Sequence record: SRR31156797_962
DNA length: 64,000 nucleotides
Direction: 5' to 3' (one strand)
Position numbers and translations under genes: made by a program. This document shows, one piece after another, positions 47,855-57,262 of this stretch (position 1 is its first letter; every line of letters begins with the position of its first letter). The notes below the pieces were generated by a model that was not told the origin of the DNA, made no database searches, and was given only the letters and a program-made list of their open reading frames with translations.

Positions 47855-49462
47855 TTAAGCTGCCTCCTGCTGCTTCAGCCAGCTCTTCAGCACCTGCACA
47901 GCCTGATCCATATTTTTTTCTGAAAGTTGCAGGGCCTGAGCCTTGGCGTTCTCCAGTCTACGTGCCGTATCAAGAGCCTCTTCGTCAAGGTCGCTTTCAT
48001 CAATTGCGAGTCTTTCGCCTGCTTCAGGCAGACCTGCAACTTCATCAATTTCTTCTTCAGCCACGCGGGGCTTGATCAGAGCCATGATTACCGGACGTAC
48101 AACCAGAATCAGGAAGAGGAAGATCAGGAGACCGTTGAGGAAAGGCTTACCAAGGCGCTGAGCGTATTCAAGCATGGTGCGCATGAGGCCTTCGTCGCCA
48201 AACATATCCTGCATGCCGAAGGACATATTTGAAACCTCAACGATATCACCGCGAACTTCGTCATAGCCTACAGCTGAGCTTACCAGTTCCCGGATGCGCT
48301 GCATTTCCTCTTCAGAGCGGGGTACGTATGTCATTTCCCCTGTTTCAGGGTCCTTAGTGTAGGTTCCGTCAACGATAACCGCTACACTAAGGCGTTTGAG
48401 CTCGCCCACGGGAACGATGATCTGCTGTTCTTCTTTGTTGATTTCATAGTTGGTAGTACGGGTTTCACGGGTAGAGTCCTGAGTGGTTGCTGTCCCTGTG
48501 AAGCCGTCCCCTCTAAAGTTTGCTTCAGGTACGCCGCCGTCCACGTTAGCGGTTCCTCTGGTGTTTTCTTCGCTGGTCTGCTCGGAGCGGGCAACCTGAC
48601 CGTCAGGGTCGTATGCTTCTGTCTTGATGGTGCGCTGCCTGAAATCGAGATCCGCGTTCACCTTGGCAATAACTTTGTTCGGGCCGACGATGGGCATGAG
48701 CAGACGCTGGATGCGCTGTTCAACTTTTGACTCAAGGCCGGATTTGTATTCGAGCTGGCTGTTGGTGATGTTCAGTCCCAGTCCGCCGTCATCTTCAGGC
48801 TGGTAGAGGACCTGTCCGCGCATGTCAGTAATGGTGACATGTTCAGGTTTTAAACCTTCAACAGACATGACTACGAGGTTGAGAACACCCTTGATTTGTT
48901 TGTCTGCAAGCTTTTCCCCGTCCTTGAGCTTAAGTACTACGGAAGCAGAGGGATCAACCTGTTCTTCAATAAAAAGAGATTTTGCCGGCAGCACCAGATG
49001 GACTCTGGCCCGCTCAACTTGTGGAAATTCGCTGATTGTTCTTGCCAGTTCACCCTGCAGGGCACGCTGGTAGTTGATGCGCTGGATAAAGTCTGTCTGC
49101 CCGATTTGGACCTCATCGAAAATTTCATAACCGATTCCCTGGCCGTGAAGAGCGCCTTCACCGGCAATTTTCAGACGCAGGTCGTACACCTTGTCTGCTG
49201 GAACTAAAATGGTGGAGCCGTTATCTTCAATCTTATATGGCTCTTTGGTGGATTGCAGTATGGAAACAACGCGGGAGGCATCTTCGGCGTACAGCTTGGT
49301 GTAGAGGACCCGGTACTCGGTCTGGTTGAGCCAGAAGACCATAAGGATGAAGGCAATTACGACGGTGGCAGCAAGTCCCCCGATCATGATTCTTTGCGAA
49401 ACAGTTCGGTCAGACCAGAAACTTTGAAATTGACTCAGATACTCAGCGATGAAATTAGGCAT
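47855..49462 (-). CDS. fliF: Flagellar MS-ring protein FliF
   Basis: GYEIFD, RALQGELARTI, ARVHL, SASV, RLSVAVIVDG. Confidence 0.97.
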   Translation of the reverse strand: MPNFIAEYLSQFQSFWSDRTVSQRIMIGGLAATVVIAFILMVFWLNQTEYRVLYTKLYAEDASRVVSILQSTKEPYKIEDNGSTILVPADKVYDLRLKIAGEGALHGQGIGYEIFDEVQIGQTDFIQRINYQRALQGELARTISEFPQVERARVHLVLPAKSLFIEEQVDPSASVVLKLKDGEKLADKQIKGVLNLVVMSVEGLKPEHVTITDMRGQVLYQPEDDGGLGLNITNSQLEYKSGLESKVEQRIQRLLMPIVGPNKVIAKVNADLDFRQRTIKTEAYDPDGQVARSEQTSEENTRGTANVDGGVPEANFRGDGFTGTATTQDSTRETRTTNYEINKEEQQIIVPVGELKRLSVAVIVDGTYTKDPETGEMTYVPRSEEEMQRIRELVSSAVGYDEVRGDIVEVSNMSFGMQDMFGDEGLMRTMLEYAQRLGKPFLNGLLIFLFLILVVRPVIMALIKPRVAEEEIDEVAGLPEAGERLAIDESDLDEEALDTARRLENAKAQALQLSEKNMDQAVQVLKSWLKQQEAA

Positions 49463-49494
49463 ACTTAAACTCCTGACGATTTTTCATTTGTTTA

Positions 49495-49510
49495 AGCAAT
49501 TAGTGGGCCA
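49495..49510 (-). promoter_or_regulatory. Sigma54 (-24/-12) promoter of fliFGHI
   Basis: Minus-strand TGGCCCACTAATTGCT (GG-N10-GC). Confidence 0.75.
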
Positions 49511-49619
49511 CTGAAAAAAAATCCAATAAAAAAATAGTCTTAGGTGGACTGTGTTTGAGATTCTTTTGTGGTGTGACGAGGGGAGGACAAAAAAATGTCA
49601 ATGCGAATGATATATGAAA

Positions 49620-49658
49620 GCTACCACGAGAACCCTCGTAGCAAGGGCTCGTGGTAGC
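49620..49658 (-). terminator. Hairpin after fliE (probable terminator)
   Basis: GCTACCACGAG...CTCGTGGTAGC 11-bp arms, short U tract on the minus strand. Confidence 0.6.
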
Positions 49659-49696
49659 AATATTTTGTAGACAGATAAAGGAGCGTTTCTGTCAGA

Positions 49697-50023
49697 CTAG
49701 AAAGGCATTTTCATGACTTCCTGATACGCAGTCATAACTTTGGTGCGTACAGTGCTGGTCATGGTCATGGCAACGCTGGCTTTTTGCAGCGAAATCATCA
49801 ATTCGTGAACGTTCTGGTTTTTGCCGGAGGCAAATTCTTCGATCATTTGTTTTTTCTGGCCCTGAAGTTCGTTAACGCTCTTGATGGAGTCGGTCATGGT
49901 TTCGGAAAAAGAGTTCGGCTGGGCCTTGTTAAGTTCCATAGTCTTATCGAACTTTTTATCGAACTTCTGTTGGTTCTGGATGGCATTGGTGTATGCCTGC
50001 ATTGCTACGTTTCTAATAGACAT
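49697..50023 (-). CDS. fliE: Hook-basal body protein FliE
   Basis: VHELMI...KA...VRTKVMTAYQEVMKM. Confidence 0.95.
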   Translation of the reverse strand: MSIRNVAMQAYTNAIQNQQKFDKKFDKTMELNKAQPNSFSETMTDSIKSVNELQGQKKQMIEEFASGKNQNVHELMISLQKASVAMTMTSTVRTKVMTAYQEVMKMPF

Positions 50024-50076
50024 GTTTTGCTCCTTTTTCGAAAGTCGGAAATCTATCGGTCTGGGTCAGCCGGTAA

Positions 50077-50520
50077 TTACTGTCCCATTCCTATTCTCAG
50101 TGCGCGGTTGAACATCCTTTTGGCGGAGTCCACTGCCTGCGCGTTGGCTTCGTAAGATCTGCTGATGCTGATCATGTTGACCATTTCTTCAACCACGTTG
50201 ATGTCCGGGTATCTGACGATTCCTTTTTTATCCGCATCAGGGTGGTTCGGCTCATAAACTTCTTTGAAAGGGCGGGTGTCGGAGACGATGCCTCGAACTG
50301 TTACGCCCCGGAGTTGTTGATTGAGCTGTTGGTTCATAGCGGTTTCAAAAGGTGAGAGAACAGGGCTTGACTCCATGGAAACACTTTTGCGGCGGTAGGC
50401 TCCGCCTTCGGCTGTCCGTGTAGTCTTGGCGTTAGCCATGTTCATAGACACAACGTTCAGGTACTCCCTCTGGGCTTTGAGCCCTGAAGCTCCGATATCA
50501 AGTGCTGTGAAGAAGTTCAT
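50077..50520 (-). CDS. flgC: Basal-body rod protein FlgC
   Basis: ASGLKAQR, NMANA, YRRK, YEPNHPDAD, SYEAN. Confidence 0.97.
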   Translation of the reverse strand: MNFFTALDIGASGLKAQREYLNVVSMNMANAKTTRTAEGGAYRRKSVSMESSPVLSPFETAMNQQLNQQLRGVTVRGIVSDTRPFKEVYEPNHPDADKKGIVRYPDINVVEEMVNMISISRSYEANAQAVDSAKRMFNRALRIGMGQ

Positions 50521-50930
50521 TATCTTGCTCCGCTCTGGATAATCTTACTCATGCCCTGAAAATTTTTCCCGATAACCTGAGAGAGGGCATTGTAGTAAAG
50601 AGTGTTCTTGGCCATTGCGACCATTTCTTTATCCATGTCGACTCGGTTTTCACCGTGAATGACTCTGGGTTCGAAGTTGGATAGAACATCCCCTTCAAAT
50701 TTATTTGCATCAAAGGCTGTGGGAATGTGCATCTTGCTGGTTCTTGTCATTTTGCCTTTGGCATCAAGGCCCATTGCTTTCTGAAGGTCGTCTTCAAACT
50801 CAAGGCGTTTTTCCTTGTAGCCGGGGGTGTTGACGTTTGCCAGATTGGAGGAGACAAGGTTTTGACGCTGAAGTCTGAGGTCGAGTACTTTGCCTGTCAA
50901 TTGTATGTGGCTGCCAAAAAGTCCTTTCAT
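50520..50930 (-). CDS. flgB: Basal-body rod protein FlgB
   Basis: SNLANVNTPGYK, ENRVDMDKEM; GGAGG before ATG 50930. Confidence 0.96.
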   Translation of the reverse strand: MKGLFGSHIQLTGKVLDLRLQRQNLVSSNLANVNTPGYKEKRLEFEDDLQKAMGLDAKGKMTRTSKMHIPTAFDANKFEGDVLSNFEPRVIHGENRVDMDKEMVAMAKNTLYYNALSQVIGKNFQGMSKIIQSGAR

Positions 50931-51007
50931 GTGTATATCCTCCTGCAAAAAATTCCCGGTGCCCATCTGGGTCGGAATGAATTGGTGATTTCGTTTGATT
51001 TGTAGTT

Positions 51008-51024
51008 AGCAAAAGGCGTTCCAA
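51008..51024 (-). promoter_or_regulatory. Sigma54 promoter of flgBC-fliE
   Basis: Minus-strand TTGGAACGCCTTTTGCT (GG-N10-GC). Confidence 0.8.
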
Positions 51025-51148
51025 GTTTGCAATCTATTGTTATTGTTAAATAAAATAGAGATATTTTAAGTCTGGGGAAACCGAGTGTCGGAAATCAGGC
51101 GCTTTAAAATAGTCTCTTTATATATAATGTAGGATTGGGGTGGCCTTT

Positions 51149-51165
51149 TTGGCACGCTGCATGCA
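51149..51165 (+). promoter_or_regulatory. Sigma54 promoter of the TPR gene
   Basis: TTGGCACGCTGCATGCA (GG-N10-GC). Confidence 0.75.
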
Positions 51166-51247
51166 TAATTTCAGGCAGACCCTCAGGGGTCGAAAAAAAT
51201 GCCGCTTTGGATTGTCCGGTGGTAAATAAAATTTCCGGAGGGGAATT

Positions 51248-51802
51248 ATGAGTCATTTAGATTACGAAATTAACAAGGAACTCGGTGAGTGTTATCTGTT
51301 CATGGGTGAACTGGATAAGGCTGAAGATTACTACAAGAAGGCTGCCGGCTCTAACGGTGTGCATCCTGATCCTTACATCGGGCTTGCCACTATCGCAGTT
51401 CAGCGTGGTGAGTATGATGCTGCCATGTCTCTGTACGAAAAAGCACACACAGTGGAAGCCACTGATAAGAGCTTTGCCGGTATGGGACTGATCCAGATGG
51501 AAACCTCACGTCAGGATGAAGCTTTTGAAAACTTTTCTCAGGCTCTCGACATCAACATCAGCAACATGGTTGCTCTTTTCGGCATCATCAGAATCGGTCA
51601 CGAGGCTGAAAGAATGGCTGAAGCTATTCCTTTCCTCGAGAAGTTTCTCGAAGTTGATCCCGAGAAGCACGAAGTCCGCTACTCTCTTGCAGGTCTTTAT
51701 ATCTGCATGGAGCAGAAGGATGAGGCTGTCGAGCAGCTTGAAATGATCCTTGAAAAGGATCCCGCAAATGATGCGGCTAAGGAACTGCTGAGCCAGATTT
51801 AG
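51248..51802 (+). CDS. Tetratricopeptide repeat protein
   Basis: Repeated TPR helices (LGECY...AEDYYKKA, PYIGLA, YSLAGLY). Confidence 0.9.
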   Translation: MSHLDYEINKELGECYLFMGELDKAEDYYKKAAGSNGVHPDPYIGLATIAVQRGEYDAAMSLYEKAHTVEATDKSFAGMGLIQMETSRQDEAFENFSQALDINISNMVALFGIIRIGHEAERMAEAIPFLEKFLEVDPEKHEVRYSLAGLYICMEQKDEAVEQLEMILEKDPANDAAKELLSQI

Positions 51803-51972
51803 CTCACTCAGATCCTTTATATATAGCCGACTCCCCTCCCGGTTGGTCCCGTTCCTGTTCGTGTGGTTCAGGGACGGGGGCCAGCTACAGGGAAAAAGGT
51901 TCAGTCCGGAAGCTTGCCTTTACGGCATAAATCCGGCACAACTCCACAAAAACAATAATCTGGAGATGTGTT

Positions 51973-52572
51973 ATGGATATGTTGCCTGTAAAGCGTGGAG
52001 TTCTCAGTGTTACTGATAAATCCGGGCTTGCTGAATTTGCGGCTGAGTTGGCTGGCTTCGGTGTGGAGCTCATCAGCACCGGCGGCACAAGAAAAATGCT
52101 TCTTGATGCCGGACTTGAGGTCAAGTCTGTAAGTGATGTTACCGGTTTTCCTGAAATCATGGGTGGCCGTGTAAAGACCCTGCACCCCAGCGTGCATGGC
52201 GGCATTCTTGCGGATAAGGATAATCCGGAACACCTGTCGACTCTTGATGAGCATGGAATCGAGACTATCGATATGGTTTGCGTTAACCTGTACAATTTTG
52301 CCAAGGCTGTTAGCGAAGGGCAGGATCTGAAGAACGCTGTCGAGCAGATCGACATCGGCGGTCCTACAATGCTGCGTGCTTCAGCCAAAAATTTTCATTC
52401 TGTTCTGGTTATCCCCAGTCCGGTACATTACCCCCGTATTCTTGAAGACATGAAAAAGAACGATGGCAAGGTTTCTCTCGACCTGAGAAAAGACCTCGCC
52501 GCGGAAACTTTTGCGCTTGTTTCCGAATACGATTCCATGATCGCCAAATATCTGGCAGATCACGACGCTTAG
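51973..52572 (+). CDS. Stand-alone IMP cyclohydrolase (N-terminal PurH/MGS-like domain only)
   Basis: LSVTDKSG, STGGT, GRVKTLHP, NLY, IDIGGPTM; stops at 199 aa followed by a terminator. Confidence 0.9.
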   Translation: MDMLPVKRGVLSVTDKSGLAEFAAELAGFGVELISTGGTRKMLLDAGLEVKSVSDVTGFPEIMGGRVKTLHPSVHGGILADKDNPEHLSTLDEHGIETIDMVCVNLYNFAKAVSEGQDLKNAVEQIDIGGPTMLRASAKNFHSVLVIPSPVHYPRILEDMKKNDGKVSLDLRKDLAAETFALVSEYDSMIAKYLADHDA

Positions 52573-52577
52573 TTTTC

Positions 52578-52611
52578 AAAAACGGGATGTCATTTTTATG
52601 GCATCCCGTTT
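52578..52611 (+). terminator. Intrinsic terminator
   Basis: AAAACGGGATGTCAT-TTTT-ATGGCATCCCGTTT. Confidence 0.7.
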
Positions 52612-52706
52612 ACTATTGTTATAAGATAAGACAATTCAGTCTCAAAAGTGGCGAAGCCTAAATAAAAGGGTTTAAGCCGCGGAGGCAAAATACTTGGAGA
52701 ATTCCC

Positions 52707-54350
52707 ATAGCTCTTAAAGCCAAAGGAAACACTCAGGGCCTTAAGCCCAGTGAGTTGAAACGTATCAACCGCCTTGCGGACCGCCGTTACAATGCCCCCA
52801 ACGGATTTACCAACGAGCAGGCCCGTGAGCTTTCTTTTCTCAGTCATGAAATCGGACGCCAGATCGGTCTGCTGATCAACAGGCAGGGCAAGCCGGAAAT
52901 GATTCTGGTCGGTGATCCGGGGTCAATTTATATTCCCGAACTGCCTAGATCCCGGCAGTCCGAAGGACGCTTGCGCGGTTTAAGGCTTCTGCATACCCAT
53001 ATTTCCGGGGAAAACCTGTCCGAGGAAGACCTTATGGATATGGTTTTTCTGCGTCTGGACAGTGTCAGTGTTATCACTTCCAACCCCCATGGCGAGCCTG
53101 ATTTCGTACAATACGCTTACCTACTTCCTCCTGGAGCAGGGACGAAACCGTATGAACAGTTGTCTCCGGTTCGTTGGGATCGTGCGGATATGGATCTTCC
53201 GAGCCAGATTAAAGCTCTTGAAGATGAATTTCGCCGTGCGGATCGTACCCGCGATACCACGGATAAACGTGAGCGGGCTATTGTGGTCAGTGTTTCACAG
53301 GATCCCAAGTCCGTGCAAGAACGTTCCCTTGATGAGCTGGAAGACCTTGCCGATACCGCAGGGCTGAAGGTTGAAGGGCGTTTGGTACAGCGTATCCGTA
53401 AGCTCAATCCGAAATTTATCATGGGTAAAGGTAAGCTTGCGGAGCTGGAAGTTATTGCCCTGCAGGCTGATGCAGAGGTTATCCTTTTTGATCAGGAGCT
53501 TTCTGCCGCACAGATGCGCAACCTTGCCAAGCTGACTGAGCGTAAAATTATTGATCGCACACAGTTGATTCTTGATATTTTCGCCCAGCATGCCACTACC
53601 CGCGCTGGTAAGTTGCAGGTGGAAATGGCACAGCTGAAATATACTATGCCCCGTCTTGTGGGCAAGAACCGGGCTATGTCCCGGCTCATGGGTGGTATCG
53701 GTGGTCGTGGTCCCGGTGAAACCAAACTGGAAATCGACCGTCGTCGCATTAAGGACAAACTGACCAAGCTTGGCAAAGAGCTGAAAAAAGTAAGCCGGCA
53801 GCGAGGATTTACCCGTGAACGCCGCGCCCGTGCCGGAGTTCCCGTTGTATCGTTGGTCGGTTATACAAACGCAGGCAAGTCCACCCTGCTCAACACCTTG
53901 ACCAATAGTGGAGTGTTGGCTGAAGACAAGCTCTTCGCTACCCTCGACCCCACCAGCAGACGTATCCGTTTTCCACGTGAGCAGGAATTGATTCTTACGG
54001 ATACCGTTGGGTTCATTCGCCAATTGCCCGTGGAATTGAAAGAAGCCTTCCGGGCTACTTTAGAAGAATTGGAAGCCGCCGACGTGCTGCTTCATGTCTG
54101 CGATTCTTCACATCCTGAAGTTGATGAGCAGATCGCGGCGGTGGATAACATCATTGCTGATATGAAGCTTGGTGATGTGGTGAACATTCTCGTACTTAAC
54201 AAATGGGACAAGCTTGATGATGAGCAGCGCGAACTTATGCGCAACACTTACCCGCAGGGCATTCCGTCCAGCGCAGTGAATCGTCGTTCATTAAATGTTC
54301 TGGTGGAAGAAATTCTTAATGCCATCGATAGACTCGGTCATAAGTTCTGA
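52707..54350 (+). CDS. hflX: GTPase HflX, long form (probable non-canonical ATA start at 52707; TTG at 52755 is the alternative)
   Basis: GGRGPGETKLE, GYTNAGKS, LFATLD, DTVGF, NKWD; in-frame upstream KGNTQGLKPS. Confidence 0.93.
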   Translation: MALKAKGNTQGLKPSELKRINRLADRRYNAPNGFTNEQARELSFLSHEIGRQIGLLINRQGKPEMILVGDPGSIYIPELPRSRQSEGRLRGLRLLHTHISGENLSEEDLMDMVFLRLDSVSVITSNPHGEPDFVQYAYLLPPGAGTKPYEQLSPVRWDRADMDLPSQIKALEDEFRRADRTRDTTDKRERAIVVSVSQDPKSVQERSLDELEDLADTAGLKVEGRLVQRIRKLNPKFIMGKGKLAELEVIALQADAEVILFDQELSAAQMRNLAKLTERKIIDRTQLILDIFAQHATTRAGKLQVEMAQLKYTMPRLVGKNRAMSRLMGGIGGRGPGETKLEIDRRRIKDKLTKLGKELKKVSRQRGFTRERRARAGVPVVSLVGYTNAGKSTLLNTLTNSGVLAEDKLFATLDPTSRRIRFPREQELILTDTVGFIRQLPVELKEAFRATLEELEAADVLLHVCDSSHPEVDEQIAAVDNIIADMKLGDVVNILVLNKWDKLDDEQRELMRNTYPQGIPSSAVNRRSLNVLVEEILNAIDRLGHKF

Positions 54351-54542
54351 TGCGCTTTGCGCTTTTGATAAATAATTTCTCCTCCGGCGGGCAAAGGGGA
54401 TAATCCCCTTTGAAATCCTTAGTTGTTTTACATAAAAAGACAAAGTTCTTTGTTTATTGCATTAATACCTGTTAATTAGTAAAAAAGCTTAAGTAGCAGT
54501 ACTAATTTGATTCAGAAGCAGTTGTTGGCGACGGAGGAAGCC

Positions 54543-54761
54543 ATGGCTAAAGAAGAAGGTATTGAGGTAGAGGGTATAGTACAGGAAGCATTGCCCAATG
54601 CGATGTTCAAGGTAGAGCTTGAAAACGGGCATGTTATTCTGGGACATATTTCCGGCAAAATGCGTAAATATTACATCCGCATTCTGCCGGGTGACCGGGT
54701 CAAGGTAGAGCTTTCTCCATATGACTTGACCCGAGGGCGGATTACTTTCCGCATGAAATAA
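54543..54761 (+). CDS. infA: Translation initiation factor IF-1
   Basis: MAKEEGIE...LPNAMF...ISGKMR...[13 protein letters not shown]. Confidence 0.97.
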   Translation: MAKEEGIEVEGIVQEALPNAMFKVELENGHVILGHISGKMRKYYIRILPGDRVKVELSPYDLTRGRITFRMK

Positions 54762-54806
54762 TATTTCGCTGAAAAAACTCAGTCTTGATCAGACTGGTGA
54801 GGTTCT

Positions 54807-55019
54807 ATGAGTTTAAAAGGGGTAGTCAGCTGGTTCAACGATATCAAGGGATTCGGTTTTATTGTAGATGAGGCCGGAAGGGATATCTATGTCCATTATT
54901 CCGAAGTGCTCCGTGATGGATTCAAAACCCTTAACGTGGGCGAAAAAGTCGTCTTCGAAGTTATTGATGAAGATACAGCACCCAAAGCTACGTCTGTTCG
55001 AATTATAAATTACCAGTAG
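54807..55019 (+). CDS. Cold-shock domain protein
   Basis: GVVSWFNDIKGFGFI, IYVHYS. Confidence 0.93.
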   Translation: MSLKGVVSWFNDIKGFGFIVDEAGRDIYVHYSEVLRDGFKTLNVGEKVVFEVIDEDTAPKATSVRIINYQ

Positions 55020-55039
55020 ATTGAATTAATATAAATTTT

Positions 55040-55073
55040 AAGCCCGCCTGTTGAAAAACAGACGGGCTTTTTT
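55040..55073 (+). terminator. Intrinsic terminator
   Basis: AAGCCCGCCTGTT-GAAA-AACAGACGGGCTTTTTT. Confidence 0.8.
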
Positions 55074-55079
55074 ATTTCG

Positions 55080-55406
55080 CTATCTTTGACCAGCTTCATT
55101 CTTTGTTGGTTCGAGAACCGCATCCACGTTGACGACACGTGAAGTCATTTTGTTGTTTTCGATTTCGTAGCGGATCAGCTGCCAGTCGATGTGGTCGATG
55201 AAATCAACTTTTGCCCATCCTTCTGGGGGTAACCGTTTGACCATTTCTTCAAGAAAATCATCTATATCAATATAGTGGCCTTCGTAATCAACGTTCAAAA
55301 CTTTGTCCTTATAAACAATCTTTTCAAACGGCAATTCCATTTTAATATCTTCGAAGTCTTCTTCGGATAAGCCGTGAACATCTCCGTAAACTCTTACGTC
55401 TTCCAT
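55080..55406 (-). CDS. Hypothetical protein (start MEDVRVYG)
   Basis: GAGGAG RBS; acidic 108-aa ORF. Confidence 0.78.
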   Translation of the reverse strand: MEDVRVYGDVHGLSEEDFEDIKMELPFEKIVYKDKVLNVDYEGHYIDIDDFLEEMVKRLPPEGWAKVDFIDHIDWQLIRYEIENNKMTSRVVNVDAVLEPTKNEAGQR

Positions 55407-55551
55407 ATTGTTCTCCTCTGTGAAGGGGATATTTTTTTTGAATACCATTTCGAAAAAGGACGATATTGCCACATTTGGATTCATGCAACAAAAAACGGTT
55501 CACATAAGTGCAAACCGTTTTTTGTCTTCTTTTCAGAAAATAGCTGTTGCG

Positions 55552-56502
55552 CTAATTGGCTTTACGATTTTCGATCAACCGGATGGCTTTTTCCGGCAGC
55601 AAATGTAAATCCGGTTTGGAAATCTGGTCATCTGCACCAACAGATTCTCCTTTGTGGCGAAGTTCTTTAGTAATGATAGAGGAGTAGAGAATGATAGGCA
55701 GATCTTTAAGATCCTGATCGTCCCTGATCCATTTGGCAAGGCTGAATCCGTCCATAAGTGGCATTTCAATGTCTGAGATAACGATTTCGACGTAATCTTT
55801 TACCGGGCGATTCTCTTGCTTGGCAACTTCTTTGATATTTTGCAGAGCTTTTCGAGCTTCTTCCCCATTGTGAACAATGGTGTGTCTGAAATTAGCCTTT
55901 TGAAGGCTTTTATCCAACATGGCCCGGATAGTAGGCGAGTCGTCGCAGACCAAAGCATTATATGCTTCGGTTGCAACTGCCGAAGGCGCATCAAAGTCAC
56001 CGCCGAGAGTGGGGTCGAGATCAGCGAGTATGGATTCAAGGTCCAACAGTTGGATGAAACGGTCTTCGCGTTCAACTATGCCCACAATACAGCTGTCATC
56101 GAAGCTGCTCATAAATTTGTCGGGTGAAAGGACCTGTTGCCAGCCGACACGATGGATCTCAGTTACCCCGCTGACCTGAAATCCTGATACGGTCTGGCTG
56201 AATTCAGTTACGATGACGATATCGTATTTCTGTTTCTTGCGTTCCATTCCCAGCCATACAGCAAGATCCAGAACAGGCAGGATGTGATTGCGCAGGGGAA
56301 TTGTTCCCATGAAGCACGGATGCTCTGCCGATTCGGGGTGCTCAAGCTCAGGGCTTTCGATTACCTGCATGACCTTGGCGACGTTAACCCCGAAATGGCA
56401 TCTCTCTTCCGGTCCGTCTTCCGATTCGGGCAGGTCGATGTAAAATTCAAGAATTTCAAGTTCATTGGTGCCGGTTTCGAGCAGGATTTCTGTTTTTGCC
56501 AT
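55552..56502 (-). CDS. cheV: Chemotaxis protein CheV (CheW plus REC)
   Basis: GTNELEI, FGVNVAKV, SDIEMPLMDG. Confidence 0.93.
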   Translation of the reverse strand: MAKTEILLETGTNELEILEFYIDLPESEDGPEERCHFGVNVAKVMQVIESPELEHPESAEHPCFMGTIPLRNHILPVLDLAVWLGMERKKQKYDIVIVTEFSQTVSGFQVSGVTEIHRVGWQQVLSPDKFMSSFDDSCIVGIVEREDRFIQLLDLESILADLDPTLGGDFDAPSAVATEAYNALVCDDSPTIRAMLDKSLQKANFRHTIVHNGEEARKALQNIKEVAKQENRPVKDYVEIVISDIEMPLMDGFSLAKWIRDDQDLKDLPIILYSSIITKELRHKGESVGADDQISKPDLHLLPEKAIRLIENRKAN

Positions 56503-56691
56503 GATAGTGGCTCCTGAAAAATTATATTAAAGGGGTTTGAGTTCTTATTCTAGTAAGTTACAATATTCGAAAGTTCAGGTCCATAAATTTTGGATGGAAT
56601 GTATTTCTTTTTGATATTGGATAGGTCTTTACAAATACTTCCCATTTAGCTTAGGCAGTACAGAATCGATAAATAAAATGAAGAGGGGTTC

Positions 56692-57057
56692 ATGTATAAA
56701 ATATTGATTGCTGAAGATGATAAGATTTCCCAAAAGCTTGCCGCGCGGTTTGTGGATGATCTGGGGCACATTTCTTTTGTCAGCCCTCATGGTAAGCACG
56801 CTTATGAAGCATTGAAAGCTGAGAACCATTTTGATGTTCTGGTGACTGACATAATGATGCCCGAAATGGATGGACGCCAACTGGTGCAGACCCTGAGAGG
56901 GGATTCCCAGTTTATGGACATGCCTATCGTGATTATGTCAGCTGTGGTCGGTGTTTCGGATATTTCCAATTTATTGGCTCTTGGAGCGACTTATTTTCTG
57001 CCCAAACCTATTGATAAAGAAGAATTCAACGAGGTAATCACTCGTTGCCTGAAATAA
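56692..57057 (+). CDS. Single-domain response regulator
   Basis: IAEDD, TDIMMPEMDG, PKP. Confidence 0.93.
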   Translation: MYKILIAEDDKISQKLAARFVDDLGHISFVSPHGKHAYEALKAENHFDVLVTDIMMPEMDGRQLVQTLRGDSQFMDMPIVIMSAVVGVSDISNLLALGATYFLPKPIDKEEFNEVITRCLK

Positions 57058-57085
57058 CAATAAGGTTTTGTTTACTGATTTTATT

Positions 57086-57119
57086 AAGGCTCCGCCATAT
57101 TTGGGCGGAGCCTTTTTTT
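57086..57119 (+). terminator. Intrinsic terminator
   Basis: AAGGCTCCGCC-ATATTTG-GGCGGAGCCTTTTTTT. Confidence 0.85.
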
Positions 57120-57262
57120 GTGGTTTAAAATATCCGGTGTAACGGGCTTGTTACTAAACGTGAATGGGTATAATGAGAACAAAAGCTTTATGAATAACAA
57201 GGTTATATCTGTGCGTTGTTAGTATAATCTGTTTATGGAAATGTTAACTTTGGGGGTGCTCC

